NCBI RefSeq assembly: GCF_964355755.1
Contig: NC_092676.1
Span: 2,733,788 to 2,797,787, forward strand
Length of the DNA stretch: 64,000 nt
Direction of reading: 5' to 3'
Source of the DNA: Antedon mediterranea
Lineage: Eukaryota; Animalia; Echinodermata
Position 1 is the first letter of the stretch. Every line of letters begins with the position of its first letter. Shown piece after piece: positions 26,316 through 39,069 of this stretch. The notes under the pieces were generated by a model that saw only the letters and a list, made by a program, of their open reading frames with translations, did not search any database and had not been told where the DNA came from. A program made the position numbers and the translations under genes.

Positions 26316-27174
26316 GTAAGTAAATAACGAAAAAACACAATTATCAAACCCGGGGAGCTAGCAACAATGTTTACATAAGTCAACTCTCCAAATACCATTT
26401 CAAATTCAACAGTCCTAAATTCATTTTTACCATTAAAAACACATTCCGATTTCCATACTTCCTTGAAAACCAGACATATTTGGCCAGCCCAAAAGTGTCC
26501 GGTATTTGGAATATTGGCTGTAGTATATATCATTTACTTTTTAAAATTATTTATATTTGTGTTATCAGGGAAGAATAAATTTAAATTTTTTTCTTCCTAA
26601 GTTTTGTTTGTAATTAAGACAGAATAGTGAAAAGGATCCGATAACAAATTGGAATGTAAAAAATGGATAAGAAAATAAATGATTTAAAGTTTGGGCATTG
26701 GGAAAAGGATAGAGGGTGCTATGTAGGAGAATTTACAGTGAGAATCAAAAAGTTGAGAATTTTACTTTTGAAAAGACTGCCTGTAATTCATTTAAACTTA
26801 ACAATCATTTTTATGATATGTATATTTTGCAAAAGCTACTCCACTTTTCTTTTATCTATACCCATATTTATAAAATAAATATATTATTGAAATATAAATT
26901 GAAATGAACGAATGATCAAAGTCAGGTCATGGGTCAATTCTAGAGTTCCCACCCGACAGACTTTTGCCATCAGTACTTCTATGAATGACGACGAACGCTT
27001 GTAGAACAAATTTTTGTTCGGGAAGCTGCTATACGCACGCTGCATCATTTTTTGGACATCAGAACGAGAAGACAAAGTTTATGATTTTTTTGACGGCTTA
27101 CTTTGACCTTCAACCTCTTGAAGCACCCAAGTTGTGACTGGACCTTTGAAAAAAATGTGTTTCTTATTCTACAG

Positions 27175-27243
27175 GAAGAATTTAAAGTGACAGAGCGACC
27201 GTTTAAAATGGACGAAGTGGTAAAAGCTGTAAAAGAAAACCGG
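27175..27243 (+). CDS. BCAT: BCAT exon 9
   Basis: EEFKVTERPFKMDEVVKAVKENR; 69 nt; AG/GTAAG ends. Confidence 0.93.
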
Positions 27244-27289
27244 GTAAGACAGTTTTTAAATGAAAATTTTAGGTTCAGAAAATGTTTAA

Positions 27290-27404
27290 AAACCAAATAG
27301 GGTAGTGATATGCCAAAATATGGTAGTGATATGACATCATCATGTCTATATATGGGCACATCACATTTTTTTGTCACATAAAGTTTGATAGTGTAGACAG
27401 AGCT
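27290..27404. mobile_element. MITE family B partial copy
   Basis: Ends AGTTTGATAGTGTAGACAGAGCT|TTA. Confidence 0.75.
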
Positions 27405-27569
27405 TTAGAGAGAAAATAATGTCATGTGATTGGAAAATGAAATAGTGATGTCACAACATTTAGCGTAGGCTTAGAAAGGATTTTTGAATTAATTATGATA
27501 TAGCATACATTTAAACATAATTTATTTTGACCAACAAGTGTTAATTTATTAAATGGTAATTTTTTTTAG

Positions 27570-27716
27570 GTATTGGAAATATTTGGAGCAGGAACAGCTT
27601 GTGTTGTATGTCCTGTGGGATCAATACTCTACAAGGATGAAACTTTAAATATACCAACGATGGAAAACGGCGCCCCCTATGCCACTCGTTTTTTCGACAC
27701 ACTCCTTGATATTCAG
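27570..27716 (+). CDS. BCAT: BCAT exon 10 (CXXC motif)
   Basis: [21 protein letters not shown]...IPTMENG...LLDIQ; 147 nt. Confidence 0.96.
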
Positions 27717-27826
27717 GTATATTGATAAAATATAAATAGTTTATTTCATTAGTATTATATTCTCATAAAATAAACAAATCTGAAATTAATTTTTTTTAAA
27801 TCTGGTAATTTTTTCTTTCTTCACAG

Positions 27827-27904
27827 TATGGTAAAATTCCAAGTCCATGGGTTTATGACATAGACAGCGAATATGATGCAATGGCAGCCAAGGTCAGCAG
27901 CTAG
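27827..27904 (+). CDS. BCAT: BCAT exon 11 (terminal)
   Basis: YGKIPSPWVYDIDSEYDAMAAKVSS*; summed CDS 1248 nt = 415 aa plus stop. Confidence 0.92.
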   Translation, partial: YGKIPSPWVYDIDSEYDAMAAKVSS

Positions 27905-28290
27905 TGTTCCCCCAGAAATGAATGGTACATTCCATTCCTCTTGAAGTCAATGTTATTAAATATTATATTTATGGAGTATTCCATTGCAGGAGATAGGTGA
28001 ATTCCATGCCAGATTACAATGTATTTAAACAAATATACTTTATATCATATGTACAGTATTATACTATATTATTACTCCCGAGAAATGAAGGGGTGGCTGT
28101 TTAATTTGTGTTTTGATTTAGCGTTTTGCTTATTTATTTTGAATCTACTGAGGTCAAGCCACAGTCACTCGCATTGTTGGTTTATTCAGGTATATATACT
28201 ATACAAGGTACATTAAATACAGTATTTATATTATATTAATAATGATTATTTTATCTATTTAAGGAGTTTTCCTTTGCATCTAGTGCTGGC

Positions 28291-29235
28291 TGTAGCTGTA
28301 CCCTTTCCTTGAGTGTGGCTGTACCCTTTCCTTGAGTGTGGCTGTACCCTTTCCTTGAGTGTGGCTGTACCCTTTCCTTGAGTGTGGCTGTACCCTTTCC
28401 TTGAGTGTGGCTGTACCCTTTCCTTGAGTGTGACTGTACCCTTTCCTTGAGTGTGGCTGTACCCTTTCCTTGAGTGTGGCTGTACCCTTTCCTTGAGTGT
28501 GGCTGTACCCTTTCCTTGAGTGTGGCTGTACCCTTTCCTTGAGTGTGGCTGTACCCTTTCCTTGAGTGTGACTGTACCCTTTCCTTGAGTGTGGGTGTAC
28601 CCTTTCCTTGAGTGTGACTGTACCCTTTCCTTGAGTGTGACTGTACCCTTTCCTTGAGTGTGGCTGTACCCTTTCCTTGAGTGTGACTGTACCCTTTCCT
28701 TGAGTGTGACTGTACCCTTTCCTTGAGTGTGGCTGTACCCTTTCCTTGAGTGTGGCTGTACCCTTTCCTTGAGTGTGACTGTACCCTTTCCTTGAGTGTG
28801 ACTGTACCCTTTCCTTGAGTGTGACTGTACCCTTTCCTTGAGTGTGACTGTACCCTTTCCTTGAGTGTGGCTGTACCCTTTCCTTGAGTGTGACTGTACC
28901 CTTTCCTTGAGTGTGACTGTACCCTTTCCTTGAGTGTGGCTGTACCCTTTCCTTGAGTGTGACTGTACCCTTTCCTTGAGTGTGGCTGTACCCTTTCCTT
29001 GAGTGTGGCTGTACCCTTTCCTTGAGTGTGACTGTACCCTTTCCTTGAGTGTGACTGTACCCTTTCCTTGAGTGTGGCTGTACCCTTTCCTTGAGTGTTG
29101 CTGTACCCTTTCCTTGAGTGTGGCTGTACCCTTTCCTTGAGTGTGGGTGTACCCTTTCCTTGAGCATGGCTATACCTTTCCTCGAGTGTGGCTGTACCCT
29201 TTCCTCGAGTGTGGCTATTCTCTTTCCTCAAGTGT
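28291..29235. repeat. 23-bp minisatellite, about 40 copies, downstream of the BCAT stop
   Basis: (G/A)CTGTACCCTTTCCTTGAGTGTG units. Confidence 0.97.
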
Positions 29236-30122
29236 GATTTAATTTTTTTTCTCCACAATGTTTGTGTCTAAATTAATAAGTTTGCTTTCACAGCCATATA
29301 TTTGTATCGATCAAACATTCCTTTTATTGTCTGCTTTCATCCGTGCATGTCTAAGTAAATGAAACCCTGTACTCTGGATAGTGCCTTCCCGCCAAAATAC
29401 CTCTGCTACTCCTGTTGTAGCATGAAGCAACAAATGTGATTGTAAATTGCAAATGATTAATTGTAGATATATCTAGCTTATTTTTTTAATAGAGTAATAA
29501 AGGTTGATGTCTTTTAAAACACCCGCATTTTTATATAAATTAAGCCGTATCGAATTAAGTATAGTTATTAAGTATATTTAATAATCTAACAACTACTTTG
29601 ACTACAAATAAGTTTACAGAAATAGTTATGTACTTGCCATATTTAGTTATTTTGGAAAAATAAACTTAATTTTATAAGTAAATGTAATGTATTTGCTCAG
29701 GGTTAAGTTTTTATAATCAGGTTTGGTATTGCACATTGTTTAAGTTACTCTCTTAACATTTGTTCACGTTTGGTTGATTTGCGGTGAATAAATTAATATT
29801 ACTTAAATAAAAAGCTAATTAATTTTGATTTAAAGAAACACAAGCGTCATCATATGCGCATGCGTATCACTATTTTTACTACGTTTTGTGACGCGAAAAA
29901 GTTGTGCAACCAATCACTGAATCAGGACTCATTCTCGTGAATACGGTATATTAGCATTGGTTGCGCATTTAACAGGGTTCGGATTAAGATTTTTTTTAAA
30001 TATTCTTTTAAGCATTTATTGAACTTTCTATAATTCATTTTATGTGAAAAGTGTATTTATTATCATCGTAATAATTATTTATTTTTAAAAACTGTTTTAA
30101 GGTAGTATTTATTATTCCCTTA

Positions 30123-30286
30123 AGCATGTTTTCCTGTCGACGCTTTCGTCGTTGATCGTTAACAGTTCAACGACGATCGTTAGCGAGTACCTTTTCCTGT
30201 AAATCGTTAACATTTCAATGTTTACGTAGAAGATCGCCGATTATTGTTAACGATAGCGTCTAATAACGTCGACAGGAAAACAGGCT
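30123..30286. mobile_element. MITE family E, Harbinger-like
   Basis: TTA|AGCATGTTTTCCTGTCGACG...CGTCGACAGGAAAACAGGCT|TTA. Confidence 0.8.
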
Positions 30287-30328
30287 TTAGTTTATTCCAT
30301 TAGATTTTCAGATGCGAGTCCAGGGAAT

Positions 30329-30695
30329 GACCCGGTCGCGATTTTTTTTTTCGTACATAAGTTGGGGACCACATGTGAAAGATAGCCGAAAGATAGCCGA
30401 ACTACTTCCTAAATATAACTAAACCTAACCCTCTTAATAATCTCTCTCTCACTATAAAGTAAAACAAGTAGCTCATGGGAATCGAACCCCATACATCGAC
30501 CTGTAAAGTCCATAGTCTTATCCACTCGACTACACAGACGGCTCGACAGAAATCGTTTGCATTAGCGAATTGTAGTTAGCTTAATTCTTACGCCACACCT
30601 TATTGATATGAATAATGAATATTCATGTGTGTATTTTGTGACGTTTCACGAGGGGTCCCCAACTTATGTACGAAAAGAAATATCGCGACCCGGTC
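30329..30695. mobile_element. MITE with ~42-bp TIRs enclosing a tRNA-like segment
   Basis: GGTCGCGAT..TTTTCGTACATAAGTTGGGGACC and its inverted copy; minus-strand A/B boxes at ~30475-30535. Confidence 0.8.
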
Positions 30696-32149
30696 GGGCT
30701 CTAGCCTTTTTTAAAAGGTAAAACAGAATCTTTCACCCTATCCTTTTTCACTTCCAACATCGAGGTTCCACCTATGTTTACTAAATATTGTGAGCAAATA
30801 AACAAGCTTAACATAGGCCTACCTGATTTGACGATTGATATTTTATTGCTGAAGAACGCAAATCCCTGTTATGACGTCATCATCATAATCAACAACAAAT
30901 CATGACATCATTAACATTGTCATAGAAAGTTAATTATCATCATCAATATTTATCAACATCACATTTTATCCATCAGTTCTTCGGAATTGAATGTTTGCAT
31001 AATGACTAACTTTTCCAACTTCCAGCAGCTTGGGGAAGCGACTTTTGAATAGAATATAATTCAACATATGTCTAACAATATCATGCACTTCACTAATTAT
31101 CCAATTTCTTGATTCTCTCCTGTTTTATCAAACGTCCACGTCTTACCAGTTCCCACCTAGGACGCAGCGCATAAGTGGATTGACCAATGACAAGCGACAG
31201 TTCGAATATCTATCGCTTTTTAGCTTTTGATTGGTTAATTCGCTTGCATGCTTTACTGTACAAATATAACTATATATTAGTCAAACACATACTCTATTGC
31301 GCTATGTAAATGTAGTAATAGTACTTAACTGCAATCAGTTCAAGTTCATTCTTATTCAGATACAAAGCAAAATTTGAGGTATGAAAAACATAATGCAGTA
31401 GTTTTGCCGTTTTGTCTAGAGAGACCAAATAGGCCGAAAGGGTTTTAAAACTGGTTTCCACCAAGAAAAAAACTTTAAAAAGAGTATAATCAATGTATGC
31501 CTGCAGAGTGTATTACTTTTCTTCACACATATTAACACCCTGTCAACACAGGGTCTGACTACGAGCCACAAATATCAGACCACTAATAAGATTAGTATCA
31601 TCTGATGTGATATTATGTTTTAAAAAATAGTAATTGAACCGACTTCAAAGGTCACCTTACTTTAATGTTACCTATCTGTTATTAAACAAACGATGTAACC
31701 TAAGACCCTTTAATAGGCTATTGTAATAGTTACCGGTATCATGAAGATATTAATTTAAACTTTTGAATCAACAACGATGTAGGCCTATAATAACGATATG
31801 TATAACAACAATAATTTGGAGAAAGACGACCAGTCAAAACCTAGACTTAAAAGAAGTAAGTAGTGGACTAACATTAGTAATGTAGGCCTACTAGTAGTAG
31901 GCCTATGTATTGTTTATATAACATATACGTATTAGTGGTACAGCACCGTACTGTATCTGTTGCATGATAGGGTGGTTGTGTTCCGAATGCATCGTGTCCA
32001 TGCCTTTGTCCACGATATGCAGTTTTAATCTCGTTGCGAACATTAATAAACAAAATGGTAATTTAGGCATATTATTGGAACTGTACACCACACCACAGTA
32101 ATTCTATATATTTTGCATAAGCATGTGTACGTACGTGTACGTTGATTAT

Positions 32150-32480
32150 GCCTGCACTTTGTATACAACATGTCAATGCGTTTACTTGGGGTATAGCTAT
32201 ATCTTGTATAACCATGTCAATGCGTTTACTTAGGGTATAGCTATATCTTGTATAACCATGTCAATGCGTTTACTTAGGGTATAGCTATATCTTGTATAAC
32301 CATGTCGACGCGTTTATGTCTATTATGCATACAATATATTCCGTATAAATATGTCAACGCGTTTACATCGATTGTGCCTACACATTCTGTATAAACATGT
32401 CGACGCGTTTACGTCGATTGTGTCTACACATTCTGTAACACGTCGACGCGTTTACGTCAATTGTGCATATACATGTCGAC
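32150..32480. repeat. 44-bp minisatellite, diverging rightwards
   Basis: CATGTCAATGCGTTTACTTAGGGTATAGCTATATCTTGTATAAC units. Confidence 0.85.
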
Positions 32481-33674
32481 GCTTCTAATTGTTTACTGTA
32501 TGAGTGCAGCAATGCGAAAAAGAGATCATTAACATCGAATGAATTTGATGATATAACGTTGCATTATTACAAAAAGGCGGTGACTGACCGTAATAATAAA
32601 AGTTATTAAATATAGGAAATCTAAATGTACTTTCGCAAATCTCTTTTCAACAGAGTGATATTTTGACAACGGAGAGTTTTTTTGTATAATCACTGGAAGC
32701 TGATGAACGAAGTGATTTAAATCGTTCTTAGATATTCATTTTGTAGAAAATAACATTTAGCGCGTCTCAATGGTGCCATGGCAACGCGTGCATTATCCAT
32801 TTCCGGTTTGACTCTGCATTAGCTGATTAAGTACTGCGTATACATACAAACGACAAACAGGTAATCGATACCAACCAGCTGTCCAAGTTCCTACCCATCT
32901 CTTATGCTACTTCGGCATTTGAAGTCAGCTCTGACTCCGACAACGACAGAGTAGTCACAATAGCTTACATATAAACTACAGTGTACGCTATTCTACTTGC
33001 CATTATGAATTGGAGCGAGGAGTAAGCTAGTACTACAGGCACTATTGATTGTTCTTTAAAAGTGCGGCACGATAACTTAAGTGAACCGGGGAGAAATTAC
33101 TAGATTGAGGAGGTGATTTTGACTTTGTTCAACAGGTTTACACACCCGAAAAAGGGGTGCAGAAACATGCAAATTAGGATATAAGTAAGTTTTTGATTGT
33201 TGAAGAGAATATTAACTGACAAATTATCATTTATTTAAATACACCTTTTTGAGTTCCTTTTATTCCGTTAACATTGTTTAAACCATTAGACTATAATATT
33301 ACTAGGCCAAGTCAATCTTTCTTTTTTGTATTCACGAATTATCACTTATTTTAATATACTGTTGTTAGTTTTTCTGTTTCTGTTAAATCTGTATGGACGT
33401 TTATTTATTGCCAATTTTTCTTTTTTCTTTTCTAATTTGTTAATAGTTCATATTAGTTAGATAGAAATAAAATAAATTTTAATTGTAAGTAAGCGCGATA
33501 GTTAAGTTTTTGACATTTTACATTATTTGATTATTTGTTGTAATACAAGCAGCCGGTTTTATCTGACGGACATGGAATAGGCCACTAATACATTATTTTC
33601 CAGAACCTTCATTTTCATTTAAATTTTCATTTCATCATAACAATATTTTAGTGTATATACAGTAGGCCTATTGG

Positions 33675-34400
33675 TATTAATTGGAATATAGGCGAGAAAA
33701 AGAGGACATACAAGAACAATGGAGAAACACGAAAAAAGTAGGATCGCTCCTTGGGGACAGACAAGACATAATTACAAGAAAACAACTAGCGCGTGTAGCA
33801 ATGACCAAACTGAACTCGATGTGGCTTCGAAAAGATAAAATCAAATTAAAAATACGTATCAAGCTGTACAACTCACTAGTTAAAAGTATATTACTCTACA
33901 ACTCTGAAACATGGGGACTCACAAAAGAAGAAGCACATAAACTCGACACATTTCACAATAGCAACTTCGCAAAATCATAGGTATCAGGTTCCCAGAAAGG
34001 ATATCGAACATAAATTTATACAGAAGGACAGGAACAAAACCGATTTCATTAGAAATAGTCGACGCAAGATGAAGACTAGGTCACATACTTAGACAAGACC
34101 CATGTACACCAGCCAACACAGCAATAAGCTATTATTTCAGCAACACTACCAATATAAAATTTCGAGGAAGACCGAGAACCACCCTACTAAAAACTCTCAG
34201 CAACGACCTACTCACCCTTTATAAGCATAACACAGACATTATGTATCCCGGATAATTGAAAACCAAGAAAGACATGAAACAACTTAAAGAACTAGCCAAT
34301 GAAAGATCAGACTGGAAGAAGCTGGTAAAAGAGATTTACGGAGCAGCCCAAGCGGAAATGTCGGCAGACTTTTCAGCGGGAAGGCAGTAATAATAATATA
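33675..34400 (+). mobile_element. 5'-truncated RTE-clade LINE (C-terminal ORF, frameshifted, with stops)
   Basis: KIKLKIRIKLYNSLVKSILLYNSETW...GHILR...RGRPR; (TAA)n tail. Confidence 0.8.
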
Positions 34401-34439
34401 TACCTACTGTATTCTATATTTTTCTGAAAACAGTGTATG

Positions 34440-34745
34440 TTATATAACACCTATATAAATTCCTGTCATTTGATTGGACGAATGTGGGTCACATGGCGTG
34501 CAATAGTACGCACTATTCAACGATCGTTAAATAGTACTTTTTGAAACATTTTTGTTTGTTATTTAGATGTTATATAAAACAAATAATGAATGTTTTGTAT
34601 TCGTGTAATGGTACAAATAATGGCACTTGGTGAATGATGAAAGGTTATATCAACTCGGCTTTGCCTCGTTGATATAACCTTTCATCATTCACCTCGTGCC
34701 ATTATTTGTACCATTGCACTCATAAACATTCATTATTTGTATAAT
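34440..34745. mobile_element. Non-autonomous element ending in a long hairpin; partial second copy at 43930-44012
   Basis: ~75-bp inverted arms around TCGGCTTTGCCTC; 5' 75 bp duplicated at 43930. Confidence 0.7.
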
Positions 34746-34820
34746 ATGTAATAAGATCTTACTAAATTGTATGATACTATAAACTAAACTTATTTGAGAA
34801 GGTTTAGAATCGACAGGTAA

Positions 34821-34999
34821 AGCTTGGTTCCCACTAGAACGTAACGCAAGGACGTAAACGCAACGCAAGCGTTTTAACCAATGACTAGCGAAGTTATAGA
34901 CAGACAGCAATCACAAGCGAATAAGCCATCGCTTGTGATTGGTCAATTCACTTGCGTTGCGTTACGTCCTTGTGTTGCGTCGCTAGTGGGAACCACGCT
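34821..34999. mobile_element. MITE family A full copy (179 bp)
   Basis: TAA|AGCTTGGTTCCCACTAG...CTAGTGGGAACCACGCT|TAA. Confidence 0.9.
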
Positions 35000-36559
35000 T
35001 AAGAGAACAGTAATGCACGAGACAGACTACAATTTTAGGCTTTCTCAAGTACCATTAGTACTTTTCAATCTATTGCACCTCAACAACTCAACTAATTTCA
35101 TTCATTTCATCTTTTATTTCGGAAAGATTAATACAGGGTACAACATTCTAGTGGAGATTTCAATTTTTGTTTTGTTTATTAATCTTGCGACTATCATTTA
35201 AAAAGCATTTGCTGGTGTGTATGATAAGAAAGAAAATGTGTATATAATTGTAACTGATGGTCTGATTGTTTTGCGGCAGGAAATTACCCGCGTGGGTTGC
35301 TTTGTGTGCCACGGCGGTGACAAAACTGCTTCGCTTGGAGCATTTGAACGCTACTAACCCCATGCACTTTCTTAGACATTTCTGATTGTTTCGCTGCACA
35401 TGATTGAGATCCTCCGCATAAAAAGACTGTTTCGCTCGAAATCAATTCACTGCAAAATATAAAATTAGAATTATGGATATTATTTCAGAAGAATAATGAG
35501 CCAAAAACAAAAAAATAATAAGGATACTACATGAAAGTGGAAAGCATTTTGTACACAATATAAATTGTTGCTGAGTATATTATGGCTTCACAAAGGCGTA
35601 AAATGTTCAAAAGTTTAACATTCTTCGTTTTAAAGTTTAACTTTTTGGTTTAAAGATCTTTAAAAAATAGAATCGATAAATAAAATGATATTACTTTCTT
35701 ACTTTCTTTTTTACAAATAGTTCTTTTTGTAACAACCAAAACAATTATAAGCGAACTTACAGAGCGTTTCGGTTTTAATATTTTGGGTTTTTACCTAATT
35801 GTAAAACCAGATGAAATTTTTCCAACATATACATTCTTTGTTGCATTAAAATGTTATCTATTTGGTTTTGCTGGTACTGTATAAAGAAATTATTATAACT
35901 GTATTATTCCACTTGCTTTGTTTCCACTTTTAAGAAGATATATTATGAATGTTTGAAACAGGTAGGTATAGTTAGGTGAACATCCACAACTGTTGGACAA
36001 GCGGAAAATGCAAAACTTTTTCACGAATTGTTTCATCAACACTTTCTACCAAATTTCTTCAAACAAAGTTTCATTTTTATTCCTAATATTTCTTGCATGA
36101 TGTACTTACTTTCAAACAATCAATCCATACATAAATTTCAATTATCTTTTGTTCCTACAAGATATAAAAAAGAAATTTGAGAAAAGAGAGACTGAATCCA
36201 ACAAGTAAAAAACTTGTATACAGTTTGAACAGACAATACAAAACAAACGACACAAAACAAACGACAAACAAAACAAAATAAACCATAGTAGTTGTATGTT
36301 TATCAGAATAAATGAATAAGAAGAGAATTATTTTTTATTCAATAGATCGAAAATACTAAAAATGGTGCACTAACGTTTCGCAAACATTTAGTTTGCTTTC
36401 TCAAGTACCATATTTAGTACTTTCAATCTATTGAATCAACAAAAAGAAACATTTCTCTTCTAAAATATTAGGATCCAGATGAAATTATTTAAAAATAAAT
36501 GAATATATTTTTCTAATGAAATTTAAAGTTAAATGAATTTGTTTTTCTTTTCAGCTGAA

Positions 36560-37177
36560 ATGACAATGAGTGGGTTTTTAGGCAAAATAACCGAAGATAT
36601 GGAGGAAGACCTGCAATCACTTGACATGTCTGCCTTAGAACAATTACAAGCATTGAAAGACGCCCAGGCTAGAAAAATCAGACTTAACATCGGCGGCGTA
36701 CGGCACGAAACGTACAAATCGACGTTAGCTAACATTCCAGATACGCGCCTGGCCTGGCTTACGCAACCTTCTGCGATGAGCAACTCCGAGTATGATCCCG
36801 TTAATAAAGAATTTTATTTTGATCGTCATCCAAGAATTTTTGATGCAATTTTGAACTTTTACAGAACAGGAAATCTACACGCACCGAGTGACGTCTGTGG
36901 CCCTGCGTTTGAGCAAGAGTTACAATTTTGGGGGATTGATGAAAAACAGATCGAGCCTTGCTGCTGGTCAAGTTATACCCAACATCGAGACGCACAAGAA
37001 ACGTTAGCTAAACTTACAGGACCGGAATTTGAAAGTGATGACGATATTGATGAACCTGATGTTGCGTCATATTTTGACATCGCAGAAGACAGAGAAGAAG
37101 CGCCGGCAAGGTGGCAATTATTAAGACCAAAAGTTTGGACGTTTCTAGAAGATCCTTATTCGTCGAAAGGCGCAGCA
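36560..37177 (+). CDS. KCNC: Voltage-gated potassium channel, Shaw/Kv3 subfamily, first coding exon (T1 domain)
   Basis: LNIGGVRHETY..TL..IPDTRL, EFYFDRHP, LNFYRTG, Zn motif H-x5-C...CC (HAPSDVC...EPCCW), EDPYSS; acceptor before 36555, GTAAGT donor at 37178. Confidence 0.95.
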
Positions 37178-37879
37178 GTAAGTAAAATAATATTACATTG
37201 GTAAGGAGATTGTCAAAGGCGGTAAACGGTAAACAAAAATGTATGTCGCAAAGCGGACGGACGGTTGAGCGGAAACCCGCTAAGGAAAGAGATAAGTTGT
37301 TACGTCGTGGACAAGCTACGCGGTTTTCCGCTTACCGTTACCGCTTGGTTGACAGTCAAGGCATTTTAATCGAAAAGTCGACACATACGCCTATTCGTCT
37401 TCATTCTTAAGTTTGCCCAACTAAAGAAGTTCCAATTTAACTGTTTCAATATCTTGTTCCCGGTCGGATTGACCAAAAACTTGATGCGTTACGGGATTCG
37501 TTAAGGATAGCGTTACGGATGTAAATTAATAGTTGCATGAAATTAACAGTCCGAGTGAAACACAAGCTTTCGGGAAAACGCTTCATTCGTAATAAATAAT
37601 CGTAATAATATACTAATATTAATACTGTATATATAGTAATTCTAAACTTAATATTGTAACAGGTTTTTAATTAAACTAAACTCTAGTTAATTGATATAAT
37701 TAACTATTGTTCACGTCACGGCATTGTTGTCCTGTCCAACAAATTTAAAGACTACTATTTATACGTGACGTCATTTCTGCAAAAAATACGCAGTCACGTG
37801 AGCACGTCATTTTTTGTTCAGATCAATAAACATTTTGTACCTTAACAACCATATTTAATACACGCACTTGTGTACCTTA

Positions 37880-38058
37880 AGCTTGGTTCCCACTAGAACG
37901 TAACGCAAGGACGTAAACGCAACGCAAGCGTTTTAACCAATTACAAGCGAAGTTATAGACAGTTAGCAATCACAAGCGAATAAGCCATCGCTTGTGATTG
38001 GTCAATTCACTTGCGTTGCGTTACGTCCTTGTGTTGCGTCGCTAGTGGGAACCACGCT
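37880..38058. mobile_element. MITE family A full copy (179 bp) in Kv3 intron
   Basis: Nearly identical to 34821-34999; TTA/TAA flanks. Confidence 0.9.
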
Positions 38059-38948
38059 TAACCAAGGTGTTTCCATCCTTTTATTGATTTTGGAAATCTA
38101 TCTCGGGTCATAAGTGCTACTACAGAAACAAGTTGAAAAGCACAACGTTATATTGTACGTTAATTGTTATGATTTTTTAATTTTCTGTGTCAAACAATTT
38201 AAGAAATGTAATCTCAAAATAGCACTTACAAATGTTTGGTTCTATTCCATTTCAAGATAGTCGTTCCGTTAGGTACAGTACAAAGTTTGCCAATTTCGTT
38301 TTGAATGGGTTATTCCATTTTTTTGGGCGTCGTTATGACCTCCCATACTCCTTACAGAGGTCTATGTTTCTATTTTTTCCTACAATATTGTGTTTTTGCC
38401 ACATTTGTAGCAACCAATATGAAGAGTTTAAAATAAACAGCAACCATTTTTCTACTTAAAACAATGTTTTATATAACTTAATTTAATTCGTGGCGTTTAA
38501 TCTATTACATCAAGTGCGGAACATTGTAAAATTGGTTATTGCACACAAGTATCGTGTGAGTGCAACAGATACCTTTAACTGTCTCGTTTAGACGACACAA
38601 ACTCTTGAGGTGTAAGTAGCGTTTGTTAATGGCCTGTATCCTTTGAATCGTATCGGAATTCAAATGCTTTTGTTAATGTTTGTGTTGAATTTAAGTGACC
38701 ACGAGTACTGTTTCAATAATGACCATGTTGTTTAAACATCATTAAACGTATCTTGTATTTAATAACAATGTACATACAAGCAAGAAAACGTTGCTAATTA
38801 GTGTCGTCTGCCCAGCAGCGAACGATAACAAAAGTGCGCGTTTTACACAATATCACTGCTCGTTACCAGTCCATTAGGGCTGTTCAAATAATATTCTCCT
38901 AGTTATTAAATTGTGGCAAATAGTAGTGGGCCTACTGCACGTGTCGTG

Positions 38949-39069
38949 TTTGGAGTGGAGTTGTTGCTTGGTGGTTATGATGCTTGGCTACCAATCTAAG
39001 GGTCCTGGGTTCAAGTCCTGTCATGTCAGGATTTTTCCTCCTCATGACAATTTGCAACTCCACTCCAAA
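38949..39069 (+). mobile_element. tRNA-like short element bounded by 15-bp inverted repeats
   Basis: TTTGGAGTGGAGTTG...CAACTCCACTCCAAA; A-box TGCTTGGTGG, B-box GGTTCAAGTCC. Confidence 0.65.

Noticed and set aside
28251-29258. 335-aa and 295-aa minus-strand ORFs of repeated HTQGKGTATLKERVQPHSRKGYS
   Set aside because: Arithmetic result of a stop-free 23-bp unit read through three frames; no domain or gene context.
36533-36559. ORF-track start MNLFFFSAE for the Kv3 channel
   Set aside because: Mostly polypyrimidine tract and acceptor; the exon starts at 36555 and the first ATG is at 36560, although an upstream coding exon cannot be excluded.
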